Source of the DNA: Acidobacteriota bacterium
GTDB lineage: Bacteria > Acidobacteriota > CAIWXX01
Assembly: GCA_040755995.1 (NCBI GenBank)
Contig: JBFMAF010000020.1
Coordinates: 96,001 to 160,000 of the forward strand
Length of the DNA stretch: 64,000 nucleotides
Direction of reading: 5' to 3'
This document shows, one piece after another, positions 63,817 to 64,000 of this stretch; position 1 is the first letter of the stretch; every line of letters starts with the position of its first letter. The notes under the pieces are model-generated. The model worked only from the letters and a program-made list of their open reading frames with translations. It was not told the DNA's origin and did no database searches. The position numbers and the translations under genes were made by a program.

Positions 63817-64000
63817 ATGCACATGGCGGATGCGCTGCTGTCGCCGGCCGTGGGCGGCGCGATGTGGGCTGCTGCTGCCGGCGTCATGGCCTACAGCGCG
63901 CGCAAGGTGAAGCGCACGTTCGACGACCGCCGCGTTCCGCTCATGGGCGTTCTGGGTGCTTTCGTATTCTCAGCTCAGATGATCAACTTCTCGATTCCGG
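63817..64000 (+). CDS. ECF-type Co/Ni transporter S component (CbiM/NikM family), 3' end outside the window
   Basis: Manual translation MHMADALLSPAVGG..VPLMGVLGAFVFSAQMINFSIP; His2 metal ligand and AQMINF motif. Absent from the ORF track because it runs off the edge. Confidence 0.9.
   Translation, partial: MHMADALLSPAVGGAMWAAAAGVMAYSARKVKRTFDDRRVPLMGVLGAFVFSAQMINFSIP

Overview
GC-rich bacterial chromosomal window, probably from a diderm anaerobe or facultative anaerobe of the Acidobacteriota (inferred from the VWFA-related acidobacterial protein, the Oar-like TonB receptor and the Thr-type sulfatase-TPR protein). About 50 CDS are supported. In order: a partial family-5 ABC solute-binding lipoprotein; a pncA-like/pncB NAD salvage pair; a minus-strand mvhG-mvhA-protease-hdrA-mvhD-tusA [NiFe]-hydrogenase operon without hdrBC; a ten-gene zinc-finger/RDD/DUF4129/DUF4350/MoxR/DUF58/SpoIIM cluster; yefM-yoeB with its promoter and operator; a ~2250-aa TamB-POTRA-Omp85 fusion; a sulfatase-TPR gene; a TonB-dependent receptor with a structured leader; an 8-kb block of secreted proteins (FG-GAP/C10-like protease, two FGE-fold proteins sharing a Lys-rich C-terminal IPT domain, a beta-helix protein, a split prodomain/matrixin pair); two gene remnants (gltS, erythromycin-esterase family); a CadC/ToxR-like TPR regulator; aor-moaD; an SRPBCC-RHH-SRPBCC operon; an amidohydrolase; and a partial cbiM/nikM preceded by a NikR-like palindrome. 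Two 95-bp REP-like elements and one partial copy are present. I saw no rRNA, tRNA, CRISPR array, transposase or reverse transcriptase. All family calls come from motif recognition by eye; no database search was run.
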